A stretch of 64,000 nucleotides of DNA from Octopus vulgaris (GCA_951406725.2 OX597819.1:16306001-16370000), one strand, 5' to 3'. Positions 1 to 13,243 are shown, counted from the first letter of the stretch. The notes: generated by a model from the sequence alone, not told the origin. A program made the numbers and translations.

Positions 1-426
1 GTGTATATATTAATACATGCATGTATATATGTATGCATGAATGTACACATGTATGCATGTATATATATATATGTGTGTATATATGTAAGTAGGTATATAT
101 ATATTTATATATATACACGTATAGAACTACGCTCACCCTATATATGCACATTTATATATCTAAATGTATACATGTATAAATTCATACATGTCTGTCTGTG
201 TTAATATGTATGTATATGCATGTATGTATGTGTATATATATATATATATACATACATACATACATATATATATGAATATATATATATACACATACATACA
301 TACATACATATATATGTATATATATATAGATATACATATATATATATATAAATGTATATATATATATATGTAAATGTATATATATATATATGTAAATGTA
401 TGTATATGTATATATATATGTATATG

Positions 427-457
<31 letters not shown>

Positions 458-490
458 GTAAATGTATATATATATATATATGTATATATG

Positions 491-539
<49 letters not shown>

Positions 540-582
540 GTGTATATATATATATGTATATATATATATGTATATATATATG

Positions 583-625
<43 letters not shown>

Positions 626-738
626 GTATATATATATGTATATATATATGTATATATGTATATGTATATATATGTATGTATATATGTATATATATATATG
701 TATATATATATATGTATATATATATGTATATATATATG

Positions 739-772
<34 letters not shown>

Positions 773-778
773 TATATG
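1..778. repeat. Degenerate (TA)n/(TATG)n microsatellite array
   Basis: Almost pure alternating T/A with interspersed G and C. Confidence 0.95.
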
Positions 779-1083
779 GAGCAGAAAGATATGCATCACT
801 GTGAATAGTAGTTATTGATAGATTACTCTTGAATTTCTTCAACTTGGTCTGACGAATCACGAGATAAAAGTTCGATTCTGTAGGATATAATATTATTATA
901 ATTATTACGTGAGACATAGCACTGTGTCCATATTGGTCTAGTTATTATTCACTCACATTCACGCACATAATACATGAAGGATTATTATCAAAAGCAATCG
1001 TAATCTATCCTAGGGCAGTATAATAAACATTTATATCTACATCATATAAAATTTGCACAATGCAAAATTGACTTTTAAAATTT

Positions 1084-1131
<48 letters not shown>

Positions 1132-1310
1132 TATATATACACACACACAGTTATATATGGATACATGTATATATATATATTTGTATGTATATATGTTCAT
1201 ATATGTATATATATATATTTATATATGTATGTATGTATATGTATATATATGTATATATATGTATGTGTATATATATATATATACATACATATATACATAT
1301 ATATACATAC

Positions 1311-1343
<33 letters not shown>

Positions 1344-1356
1344 CATATATACATAT

Positions 1357-1404
<48 letters not shown>

Positions 1405-1408
<4 letters not shown>

Positions 1409-1995
1409 GAAATGAAGAAAATGCTGACAAAATAATTTAAGTAAAGGAGAGTGTATTTAATTAGGTGAAAGTTCTTTTTTAAAACAAAAAAAGGTGAAAA
1501 ATTGGGTTAGAATACAATGTTCATTTTTTGTGAATGATTTCAGTGTAGAATAAAAAAAGTAAGAGTTTACCGGTTGCGCATTTGTTATGCTTATCAAAAG
1601 ATATTTTTGAGTGAGATAGAGTTCCTTTCTGATTGATTTTTTTCGAGAAAAAAATCAATCAGAAAGGAACTCTATCTCACTCAAAATATCTTTTGATAAG
1701 CATAACAAATGCGCAACCGGTAAACTCTTTTTTTATTCTACACTGAAATCTGACATTGAACTTTTCCACAAAAAACTGTATATTACACGCTTTTACTAAA
1801 TATCTTATTCTGCAACAGAACACTGTAAAAGACTCTTACTTTTTTTCTTATACACTGTAATCATTCACAAAAAATGAACATTGTATTCGAACCCAATTTT
1901 CCCCTTTTTTTGTTTAAAAAAAGAACTTTCACCTAATTAAATACACTCTCCCTTACTTAAATTATTTTGTCAGCATTTTCTTCATTTCCTTTTTT
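1405..1995. repeat. Long inverted repeat (foldback) centred at about 1645, flanked by (TA)n
   Basis: 1536-1643 is the near-exact reverse complement of 1648-1750 (loop CGAG). 1405-1565 pairs with about 1833-1995. Confidence 0.9.
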
Positions 1996-2030
1996 TATAT
2001 ATCACAACTCGTGTTCCACATCTCCTTTTT

Positions 2031-2067
<37 letters not shown>

Positions 2068-2598
2068 GTATATATATATATATATATATGCATATATAAA
2101 TATATCTGTATATATGTGTGTATGTATATATATATGTATATATGTGTGTGCATATATATGTGTGTGTGTGTGTGTCTGTGTTTGTGTATGTACGTATGTA
2201 TATATCGTACGCCATCATCTCTGTAAAACACACCTCATCTGTGGCAAAAATACTAAAATATATATATATATATATATATATAGGAATGAAAGTTTCTCAT
2301 ATATTTTGGGACAATCTTTATAGGTATTTGTCCATTGAATTACCCAGAGGTTCGCCCAGCCTAAAATTAATCTAATACTTTCTTTTTATGACCACTCCGC
2401 CCACTATTCATGGCTCTTCTCGACTCAACTGCTCGCTTCTCCCACTTGCGACTCTTCATAGGAACGCCAATATAAATCCTTTTCTGCCAATAGTACTCGA
2501 AGAATTTTAATGAAAGCATCTAAATTAATACAGAATTGAACTCTTTCATAAACTTTCCAAATTACCCTATATGTATATATCTATATATATCGATATGC

Positions 2599-2640
<42 letters not shown>

Positions 2641-2723
2641 ATAGTGAGAATTTACGAAAGACGACGACGGGCGTGTAAACAACAAACAGATGTATTAGTT
2701 TTAGGCTCAGGAAGGGAGAAAGT

Positions 2724-2759
2724 CTTTTACGTTTCGAGCATACGCTCTTCGGCAGAAAG
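2724..2759 (-). ncRNA. Minimal type I hammerhead-like motif with variant core, copy 1, inside an ~160-bp repeat (2645-2810)
   Basis: Minus strand CUUU-CUGCCGA-A-GAGC(GUAU)GCUC-GAAA-CG-UA-AAAG: helix I CUUU/AAAG, 4-bp helix II, palindromic ACGU helix III. Confidence 0.5.
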
Positions 2760-2821
2760 GAACAGAAATAAACAGGGAGGGAAAATTGAAAAACTTTAGT
2801 GGCTAGCGATCTATGTTTGCG

Positions 2822-2865
<44 letters not shown>

Positions 2866-3027
2866 CGTGTGTGTGTAAGTATATATGTGTATATATATAT
2901 ATATAAGTGTTTTATATATATATATATATGCATATATAGTTGGAATTTACAAAAACAAAACAAGACGAAGACGGGTGTGTAAATAACAAACAGATGTATT
3001 AGTTTAACGTTCGGGACGTGAGAAAGT

Positions 3028-3063
3028 CTTTTACGTTTCGAGCCTACGCTCTTCGACAGAAAG
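3028..3063 (-). ncRNA. Minimal type I hammerhead-like motif with variant core, copy 2 (repeat 2942-3085)
   Basis: Minus strand CUUU-CUGUCGA-A-GAGC(GUAG)GCUC-GAAA-CG-UA-AAAG. Confidence 0.5.
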
Positions 3064-3101
3064 GAACACAGAAATACGCAGAGAGAGATATATACATACA
3101 T

Positions 3102-3165
3102 ATTTTATTTTATTTTATTTTATCTAGTTTCAGCTCACGAGCTGTGGCCATGCTGGGGCACCGCT
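3102..3165 (-). mobile_element. Extremely 5'-truncated CR1-group LINE 3' tail (about 60 bp)
   Basis: tctagtttcagctcacgagctgtggccatgctggggcaccgc is identical to the LINE 3' end at about 31935-31977, with the same (TAAAA)n tail. Confidence 0.85.
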
Positions 3166-3214
3166 ATTTGCTGGGGCATACATATATATATATGAGAGAG
3201 AGAGAGTGAGAGAG

Positions 3215-3534
3215 GGAGGCGCAATGTCCCAATCGTTAGGGCAGCGGGCTCGTAGTCGCAGGATTGCGATTTCGATTTCCATACCGGGCGTTGTGAGTGT
3301 TTATTGGGCGAAAGCATCTAAAGCTCCACGAGACTCCGGCAGGAGGTGGTGGCAAACTCTGCTGTACTCTTTTACTGCAACTTTCTCTCGCTCTTTCTTC
3401 CTGTTTCTGTTGTACCTGTATTTCAAAGGGCCAGCCTTGTCACACACTGTGACAGGCTGAATCTCCTCCGAGAACTACGTTAAGGGTACACGTGTCTGTG
3501 GAGTGCCCAGCCACTTGCACGTTAATTTCACGAG
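3215..3534 (+). mobile_element. tRNA-derived SINE, OR-like family, 3'-truncated
   Basis: ggaggcgcaatg head with A/B-box-like motifs. Colinear with the full copy at 23219-23611. Confidence 0.85.
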
Positions 3535-3579
<45 letters not shown>

Positions 3580-4112
3580 AACACACACACACACACATAT
3601 ATATGCATGTCGATATATATAGACAAATATATGCATACATGTATTTGTGTGTGTGTGTGTGCTACGCAAAGCAACGCTGGTAAATAAGCTCACTTTACTA
3701 CAGTTGAAATATGTTTGGGTCTTATTCACTGCTTTTGCCACGGAGAAAAGTTTCTTACTGCAGGCAAAATAGTGTAGAGCGTTGTCTAAGCATTGGTAGT
3801 GCCATTTGTAGCTTCTTTACTGTCTTCAGTACTAGATGCCAAACTTTCTATATTTTCTATCATTGCTTCGCGCAACGACTTACATACTTGTCCTGGCCTC
3901 GCAGCCTGCAAACACAGATTAATGAATATTTTTTTTTATAATACTAAGCTTTCTAGTCAGCCCAGAGTAACTCCTGGTATCTGCTACTGAAGACAGCCAA
4001 GATGTAAGGAATGCATCTATGAGTCCTTAGAGAGCATAATGTATATATATATGCTTCTATATATGAGCGTGTGTGTATATTTATAAATACATATATGCAC
4101 ACATATATACAT

Positions 4113-4146
<34 letters not shown>

Positions 4147-4179
4147 GTATCATTTAATGCATACAGTTATAAAGACACG

Positions 4180-5100
4180 AGCTACGAATAGTTTCTTGCT
4201 TTGAAGACGCGTGTCTAGGCAGGTTTTTATATCACGCCATGTGCATCCAAGCAATCTTCAAGCTCTGTGCATATGATCTGTTCAATTTTCAAATCAAGAG
4301 AAGTGATGAGAAAGAAGGTACATACAAAAATTGGACGGATGGATCAAAACGGAAAGAGGAAAGAAATTTACGTCTCTTTTGACCGCAAAGCCATAATTGA
4401 TCTAGTTGTAGAATAATTCAAAGGAGAGGGGTCCAAAGTCTTCAAGATAGCTGCTCAATCTGAAAAGGGTGGTGTCCTAGTTCGCCAGAAAAAATTTGTC
4501 CATTTCTTTGCATTTGCTGAAAATTTCCTATCTGGAATTCAGAATATGCGATATTTCAGCTGCACATAACTTGTATTTCTTGGTTCCATAAACATATGTA
4601 ATGGATTTCTTAACGATTCTCCCCTTGATTGTATGTAGTGTGCAATTTGTTTCCAAGCTCCACACCTGGCTAACCAATGTCCTGGTTTTACTTTTGTCGA
4701 TGTATCGGAAAGAAGATAGGTGGTTTGCATAACGTCTTTTGAAAACACTTCCGCATAATCCGATGTAATTTTACTTAGCGGTAAGGTTATCGAGAAGAAT
4801 TGCTGTGACTTCTGCCTCATATACGACAGAGTTTATCATACTTGCCTGGACAAACGAGCAAACTTCATGGTCTCGACAGTTACAACTGGGAGTCGGCTTT
4901 TGATGACGCTAACGAATGATAATGTTCTTCATATTGGGGCAGCAGCTGTACGATATTTTAACCCAGCGTCTGTTAAAATCCTTCTTGTGTTTGTGGTTCA
5001 CTTTGACATGCTTATCTAAAAAGACTAGAATTTCCTGCCTACGTTAGTTTTAACATTTAGGGAGAGAGGGTGGAGCGAGCCATATTATTTTCCTAGGTCT
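4180..5100 (-). mobile_element. Decayed Penelope-like element 3' part (linker plus GIY-YIG endonuclease)
   Basis: Minus-strand translation gives RKIIWLAPP..LNVKTNVGRKF, VVYEAEVT, NYIGLCGSVFKRRYANHLSSF and YKLCAAEISHILNSR*EIFSKC, with stops and frameshifts. Confidence 0.8.
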
Positions 5101-5197
5101 ATTTTTTAGGTCTAATTTTACGATTTATACTTTTACTTGAAGGGTTGTAATATAACTTATCTTTGAAGCCACTCTCAGCTAGGGCGTTGTCATACTT

Positions 5198-5584
5198 TTA
5201 TTCTTTTACTTGTTTCAGTCATTTGACTCCGGCCATGTTGTAGCACTACTTTGAAGGATTTTAGTCGAACAAATTGACTTTTTAAACCTAGTACTTATTC
5301 TATCAGTCTGTTTTGACGAACCGCTAAGTTACGGGGATGTAAATACTCCAACACCTGTTGTGAGGTGGTGATGGGGGACAAACAGACACAAGGACAGACA
5401 GGTACACACACACACATACATATATATATATACACGACGAGCTTCTTTCAGTTTCCGTCTACTAAATCTACTCACAAGGCTTTGGTCGGCCCCAGGCTAT
5501 AGTAGGACACTTGCCTAAGGTGCCATACACTGTCACCAAAACCATGTGGTTGGGAAGCAACCTTCTTACCACATAGCCACGCCT
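5198..5584 (-). mobile_element. tRNA/CORE-type SINE with internal microsatellite and CR1-like tail
   Basis: Colinear with 29832-30240. Ends in catggccggagtcaaatgactgaaacaagtaaaag on the minus strand. Confidence 0.85.
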
Positions 5585-5650
5585 CTCTCTCTCTCACTCT
5601 CTCTCTCTTTTATATACATACATACATACATACATACATACATACAAACA

Positions 5651-5700
<50 letters not shown>

Positions 5701-5999
5701 GATAAATTCTATGTAAGATTTTATCAAGTAGCCAGTGTGCAAAACTGATTAAGGAAAAATCTATACAAAGTATATAATTTTTGTCCTTATATATAAAATA
5801 CATTATTATATCAAGGCTATTACTATTAGTAAAGCCAAACACTGTAAGGGGACTCTAAAGTCAAACTACTTCAATAAATGTACAGAGGCACCGAATTCGA
5901 AGAAATGAACAGAAAAATTCCTTAAAAAAAGTTTAGTCGTATGATTATACATACATACATACATACATAGATACATATATACATCATCATTACTACTAC

Positions 6000-6295
6000 T
6001 ACTATTGCAGCAGCATGTAGCTATTACACGCTGTATTAGCGAGCCTGGATGATAGCTTCAGGCTTAGCGACAATTCTATCCAAATCTCTAGAATATTTCT
6101 AACGATTCTTGTAGAATACAGGATTGCATAGATTGTGCGAGTTCGCATTCCAGTATCCTTCACTCCCTTAAGAAGCAGCATTTGGTGTTGTTCCAAGAGC
6201 ACCAATTACCACAGAAACAAGAATCACTTCCCTTTTCCACAATCTCTTCATCTCTTCGGCAAGGTCCTGATATTCTCAATTTCCTTTGGTATCCA
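6000..6295 (-). mobile_element. 3' relic of a Dong/R4-type RLE non-LTR retrotransposon
   Basis: Minus strand EYQDLAEEMKRLWKREVILVSVVIGALGTTP...STRIVRNILEI parallels the C-terminus at 62304-62609. Lies next to (TAT)n at 6317-6392. Confidence 0.75.
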
Positions 6296-6319
6296 CTCTG
6301 TTATATGGTGTAGCAATTA

Positions 6320-6381
<62 letters not shown>

Positions 6382-6429
6382 ATTATTATTATTGCTTGCT
6401 GTGGTCTCCCCATAACAACCAAATATTAT

Positions 6430-6900
6430 TAGAACTAGGGTACAACCGAAGACAAAAAATTAAAAACGGCACGACGGTTCTTAATCCCGTAGGTCACTTC
6501 AAGACTATTTTTTCGAAACTTCCGTGAAAGCAACATTTATCCAGAGTTGAAAATATACTGGCAGTCTTGCCTAAATGATGTTAACATCAAATTTAAATAT
6601 CACTCACGTACTGGAACACCGTATCGTCTGCGCCAACATAAATTGAACTTACAGCCCGTAACCACATTGTGACATAACCTTATTTACATCAACCGATCCT
6701 GCTCTGTTCAGTATTAAAGTAAAAATAAAATAAAAAGTAAAAATAAAAAAAATAGATCCCATTGCCTTCAAAAGTACCTGGTTAAATTCCTTCAAGAAGT
6801 AACAGCAGCCACTTTGTCACCGACACCTAGATATATTTCGGCCAATAACAAGAATTTCTACTCATGTGGGTTATGATGTCCCAGTATATTATTAAAACGA
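6430..6900 (+). mobile_element. Possible highly decayed CR1-type LINE 3' end
   Basis: Weak residual motifs (TRTGTPYRL-like, PIAFK...KFL) only. Confidence 0.3.
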
Positions 6901-7529
6901 CTTCGCCAAGCAGTACTATTAAGCTAGACACACCCCTGGCCCAATGCAGGCCAAAACCTATTTATTATGTATGTGTTTGTTTCATTTTTTTTTCTATATG
7001 TTATGTACCGAGAAATGTCTAAGCGGGTGATTTCATTTCAAGATTGCTGATAGTTGTTAGAATATTCTGTTCCATCTGCTGATATATCAGTTTTCTGTCT
7101 GCAACGTTTCACCAGTCTGCAGACTCGACTCTCAATTCTTTCAACCTATTTATTTCTCTTTAACAACACTCGCCATGTGTTTCTTTGGTGCAGCTGTCTG
7201 TGAATGGATGCACGTATGTATGACTGGGAATATGTACATTATATCAATGCGGTTATGTTTACATTGTGTGTGCGTGTGTGTATGGGAGTGTGTTATGTTT
7301 TCTGGTGTATATGTGTTGTGTATAAACATCAGAACTATACAATATTCACACAAACACACATACACACCCATATATACATATTGATTTTATTCTCTATGTG
7401 TGTGTATGTGTGTGTGTGTATATATATATATACACACATATAAAAACATTAGTATATATATATATATATATACACACACATTCATACATATAGATATATA
7501 TACATACATATACATATAAACATAATGCG

Positions 7530-7571
<42 letters not shown>

Positions 7572-7573
7572 AG

Positions 7574-8090
<517 letters not shown>

Positions 8091-8117
8091 GTTTCTTTTA
8101 CTCACTTTCTCTCTTTA

Positions 8118-8395
8118 TTTGTGAGTGGATTTGGGAGACGGAAAATGAAAGAAGCTCGTCGTATGTGTGTGTGTGTGTGTATCCCCTCCCCGCCACTAAA
8201 AGAAAGGATAAAACGTCCATCCCGAACGATAGGCTCATAAAACCGGTTTCCTCAGATTCCGTGGCCTGTATGTTCCTCCACTGGATGTGACGCCGGCCCG
8301 CTCTAATATTACCCCCTTTTGCCAGCTGAGTGGTCTGGAGCAACGTGAAAAGGAGTGTTCTGCTCAAAAACACAAAGCGTCGCATCAACGTCAAA
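8118..8395. mobile_element. Fragments of two SINEs: CORE-type SINE middle (+, 8118-8185) and a CORE-domain SINE (-, about 8190-8395)
   Basis: gtgagtggatttgggagacggaaaatgaaagaagc matches 30077-30120 (reverse complement). The minus strand has tgtgtttttgagcagaacactcc..cacgttgctccag, like 22441-22480. Confidence 0.65.
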
Positions 8396-8763
8396 GCTAT
8401 TCATAATGACGTCAGGATCACTTGTTTCATTCTTTTTAACCCGACAAATATAATTGATAGTAGAGTAGAAGACAAGCGGTTTGTTCGATGGTAACCTTCC
8501 TTGTAGAAGACGAGCTGTTTCTTTAGGGAGAGGGTCTTTAAAAATATTTAAAAAAAACAATAAGCAGTAGAGAAAATTGGAATAATATCAGTTCGATTTT
8601 TTAGAAAAAAGTTGATAATGTAATTTAGGGTAGATCTTGTTTATAGAGTCAATGGCAAAATGTACTCATCTCAGTCGGTTAGACTAGGGAGTGGTTAGGG
8701 TAATACTCCACCATGTACACTCAAATATATGTGTGTGTGTGTGTAGGGCAATAAGAAATGTTA

Positions 8764-8799
8764 TCTCAGGACAAACATCGCAGTAACTGGCCTATCAAC

Positions 8800-8881
<82 letters not shown>

Positions 8882-9135
8882 CATACATACATTTGAAGGC
8901 GGTGAGCTGGCAGAAACGTTAGCACGCCGGGCGAAATGCGTAGCCGTATTTCGTCTGCCGTTACGTTCTGAGTTCAAATTCCGCCGAGGTCGACTTTGCC
9001 TTTCATCCTTTCGGGGTCGATAAATAAAGTACCAGTTACGCACTAGGGTCGATGTAATCGACTTAATCCCTTTGTCTGTTCTTGTTTGTTCCCTCTATGT
9101 TTAGCCCCTTGTGAGCAGTAAAGAAATATATATAT

Positions 9136-9193
<58 letters not shown>

Positions 9194-9365
9194 TTTAAGT
9201 ATGATACACAGAGGGCTATTATAATTTAATACAGCTTCAGATGCTTATACGGGATTTTAATCAGTAAAAGTTTTATTCACTTTTCCTTTGTCAGGACAAA
9301 TACTGCAGTAATTGGCCAATCAAAAGTGTGCATACATTAAATATGATACATAAATGGCTATTTTA
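8764..9365 (+). repeat. Two copies of an unclassified ~90-bp interspersed unit; the first is interrupted by (TA)n and a SINE
   Basis: tcaggacaaa..gcagtaa.tggcc.atcaa...ta(a/t)gtatgatacaca.a.ggctatt recurs at 8764-8800 plus 9191-9240 and at 9292-9365, and again at 22.7-23.65 kb. Confidence 0.6.
8896..9128 (+). mobile_element. Full-length tRNA-derived MetaSINE (long-tail type)
   Basis: A box-like tggcagaaacg, B box gagttcaaattcc, Meta-like domain gaggtcgactttgcctttcatcctttcggggtcgataaat..gtaccag, tail ending gcagtaaagaaata. Confidence 0.9.
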
Positions 9366-9368
9366 CAC

Positions 9369-9435
<67 letters not shown>

Positions 9436-9988
9436 AATCTGTCTCTGTATGTGTGTGAGGAGCTAACACATCGCTGATTTGCCATCGTTCCATTATATTT
9501 CAAAGAGTTCTTCAACATTTTCAACAATGTTTAAATGTGTAATAACCAGGTTCTTCTTCTCTAAATGTCTTTATAAATGTATTCAGCATTCATGTTCATT
9601 CACAAACATGTTATACGTGCTCACACACAAATATACAAAGCTGCACCCATATATACATTGATATACAGTCGCACATATATAAGTATACATGCATGACTAA
9701 CATGTATCCATTCAAACACATACATACATGTGTACATGACACCATATCTACGCCTCACGTGTACATATAGTTATACTTGCATTCATATATGCATATAGAC
9801 ATGCATATATATATATATATATATAGATATATATGCATGAGAGTATGTGTGTGTGTGTATATATATATGTATATGTATATATGTGTGTATATATATATAT
9901 ATGTATATACATGTATATATGTGTGTATACATATATATATGTTTATATATGTATATATAAGTATATGTATGTATATATATACATACAT

Positions 9989-10040
<52 letters not shown>

Positions 10041-10104
10041 TTATATATATTATATACGTAAATGCATATAAATGCATGTCTGAATGTGTGTATATACATG
10101 TAAG

Positions 10105-10151
<47 letters not shown>

Positions 10152-10238
10152 GGTGTATGTATAGGCTAATATCGAATAGTGGTAAATGAGAGCTCAACAT
10201 CACATTGTTTGAGAAATAGTCTTTATTTGAAGGTTTAC

Positions 10239-10288
10239 AAGGCTACCATTGGTTTCATGCTGTGAATTCTCAGCTATTATCAAGCCTT
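10239..10288 (-). ncRNA. Degenerate type I hammerhead relic
   Basis: Minus strand AAGGC-UUGAUAA-UAGCUG..CAGCAU-GAAA-CCAAUGG-UA-GCCUU. Helices are present, but the core has two substitutions. Helix III is the same as at 13428-13440. Confidence 0.45.
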
Positions 10289-11226
10289 CCACATAGGACG
10301 TTGGTACTCGTCTCCATCTTGGATGAGAATACCTATACACACACACACACACACTGACACAGACACACACATATCATTTTAGAAAGGTAGAAACATACAT
10401 ACTATATATTTATACAGACACACACACATACACACGCGCACATATGTACGAGCATACGTGCATACCATCAATAAGTACAGCAAACAGAAACGAAGAGCAA
10501 ACTTCACAACCAAAGCCTTAACAACAGCAACAACAACAACTTCTACTCTCAGCTACATCGAACACAATCACAACTACCATCGACACAACCACCGTCGAGA
10601 AGAGCCATTGAGGGCACCCCAGTGCGTTCGCTTGATACGCAAGAATTAGTAGCTAAATCTCTTTCATATCATATCCTACCCTCTTGAAATGAACGAGCAT
10701 TTTATGCAATGCTTTTCTGAGTGCCCCTAAAGAGATGTGATGGTTACGGCTGGAACGCCATTGATTATGTGCTTGCACGGCATTATCGTGGGGGGCTAGA
10801 TAAAATGAAATGACTATAAAAATGAAAACCCCTTCAAACACTATTATCACCAACATCACCCCTTATATCAAAAACAACATCAACAACAACAACACTAATA
10901 CTAAGTATAATTAAGTGGCCGGGGGTGGGGGCAGTGCTAATATCTTTGCTAAAACTATTGTCCCTTTCGTTGGCCATCATTATTATTATAGTGTCCTTTC
11001 GCATGTTTTTGTCTCTGAACTCAGAAGAGCACACCACCCAAGCATCACGTGACCACATCGTGTCAGAAGGTAAGCCAATTAATTTACATTTTCTTCCTCA
11101 ATTTTGGGTCTGTCTTTCTGCCTAAATAGCAAAATTTCTATGTATACGTTATGTTTATCTATCTATTTATCACTCTCTCTCTCTCTCTCTCCCTCTATCA
11201 CTCTCTCTTTCCCTCTCTCTCTCTCT

Positions 11227-11344
<118 letters not shown>

Positions 11345-11433
11345 TGTATATATACTTGCTTGTTTTCTCTGCCTGTCAATCTCTTTTCATCTCTCTCTCT
11401 CCCTCTCTTTATATACATCTTTGTGTATGCGTG

Positions 11434-11472
<39 letters not shown>

Positions 11473-11852
11473 GTGTGTGTGTGTATATATATATATGTGT
11501 GTGTGTATATATATATATGTGTGTGTGTGTGTATACACATACATATATATGTATCATTATACACGTACATACATACATATATATATATATGTATATATAT
11601 GTATATCTACACACACAAATACCTACCTTTCTATCGTTCTAAATCTTTCATCTATCTATATACTGTCTGTGTATTGATCTGTTTGTTTGTGTATTTATTC
11701 ATTTCTGTCAACCTATCAATCTATGCATATTTACATTCTCTATATCTCACTATCCATCTATTTATCAGTTCATCTATTTCTCTTCTTATTTATTTCCTAC
11801 CTGTCCGTCTAATTGTCTCTCTGTCTCTTTACCCAGTCAATCAATCAATTTC

Positions 11853-11885
<33 letters not shown>

Positions 11886-12191
11886 TTTAATGTTTTATCT
11901 TTTCTCCCTCTCTTAGATGTCATTAACTATGTATATGTATGTTTTAATATCTTCCATTACATATTTATGAATATGTTTGAACTTAACACTGATTGCATAC
12001 GTATATACAAATGTACATATACATCCACACATATATAGATAAATATATATACTCAAGGACACACACACACAAACTTGTGTATATGTATATATACTACATA
12101 CATATAAATACATGCTTTCATGTCCATGAGTACATGTATGTATATGTAAATACACATACATAATGCACACGCACATACATGCATACATATG

Positions 12192-12234
<43 letters not shown>

Positions 12235-12487
12235 GCACACACACGTATATATATATATATGTATGTAAGTTATATTGACAGGATTTCGAAATTTCAACGG
12301 ACGGCTTATTTAGGCTGAATGTATGCAAGGCCCATTATAAGTTTAAACCAGATTCTATTCACTAGCAGAGCTGTAAGAAAAATACAAAATAAGATACGGG
12401 TTCGCTTTTTGCAAGTAATCTTGGCCGACCATTTTGTTTTCTCTGCAAGCATTTTTTTCCGCCTCAATAAAAAAATATTTAAGTCTT

Positions 12488-12625
12488 TGGGAAAAATGTC
12501 TTGCGGTATTTCTTCTGTCCCTCACGCTTTGAGTTCAATACTCACAGGAATCGACTTTGCCTTTCGTTTTTACGAGGCCAGTAAAATGCAGTCCCAGCCC
12601 AAGTACTGATGTTGATATAATCGGT
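12488..12625 (+). mobile_element. Diverged MetaSINE fragment
   Basis: gcggtatttcttctgtc..gagttcaata..tcgactttgcctttc. Confidence 0.7.
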
Positions 12626-12817
12626 CAAGTGACTTTTCATACAAATTACTGACCGTAATTAGGATACATTCTTTCAGATGCTTCCACTCCGAGTTTCATC
12701 CTTAAAATACACGATTATTTTACACCTCGAAGCTTCTACAGTGTTTATAATGTCAGCAGATCTATTTTCTCTCTTGAAAAAATAAAGTTTCTAATCGGAT
12801 GGAAGAAAGTTTACTTT

Positions 12818-12886
12818 TAGTATAATTGTTAGTACGTTTATCATGGTTACAGAAGATGCAAGTTCGAATCCTGCAGGTCACTTTTC
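12818..12886 (+). pseudogene. tRNA-like relic (tRNA pseudogene or SINE head)
   Basis: A-box-like tagtataattg and B box agttcgaatcc at tRNA-like spacing. Cloverleaf is not intact. Confidence 0.35.
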
Positions 12887-13138
12887 ACCCTCTTTTCATC
12901 TAAGTTTTTTTTTGGGGGGGGGGGGGCTTTTAATCCACTATACCGCACCCTGCTAATAATCATAGTGTGTAATATTTATTTATTAAACTTGGATGCATGA
13001 GACATTTTGTGATTGGCTGAGTAACTAATTTTTATCTTCCCCTAGAGACAAATAGGGATGTAAAATATTCATACAAGCCCACCTCAAGGCCAGTACATAC
13101 TCTCTGCTCTATAAGTAAATATTTACATGCTTATATGA

Positions 13139-13200
<62 letters not shown>

Positions 13201-13243
13201 ATACATACATACATATATATATATATATACGTATGCATGTATT

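Noticed and set aside
845-885. CTGACGA-ATC(ACGA)GAT-AAAA hammerhead-like segment
   Set aside because: G12 is missing and there is no helix I partner.
8795-9043. Recurrent MRNWY..RPRKDERQSRPRRNLNSER ORFs (also at 43845 and 62972)
   Set aside because: Antisense translations of MetaSINE copies, not a protein family.
10990-11074. Possible plus-strand exon ending CAGAAG|GTAAGC
   Set aside because: Single donor motif with no convincing acceptor, reading frame or partner exon.
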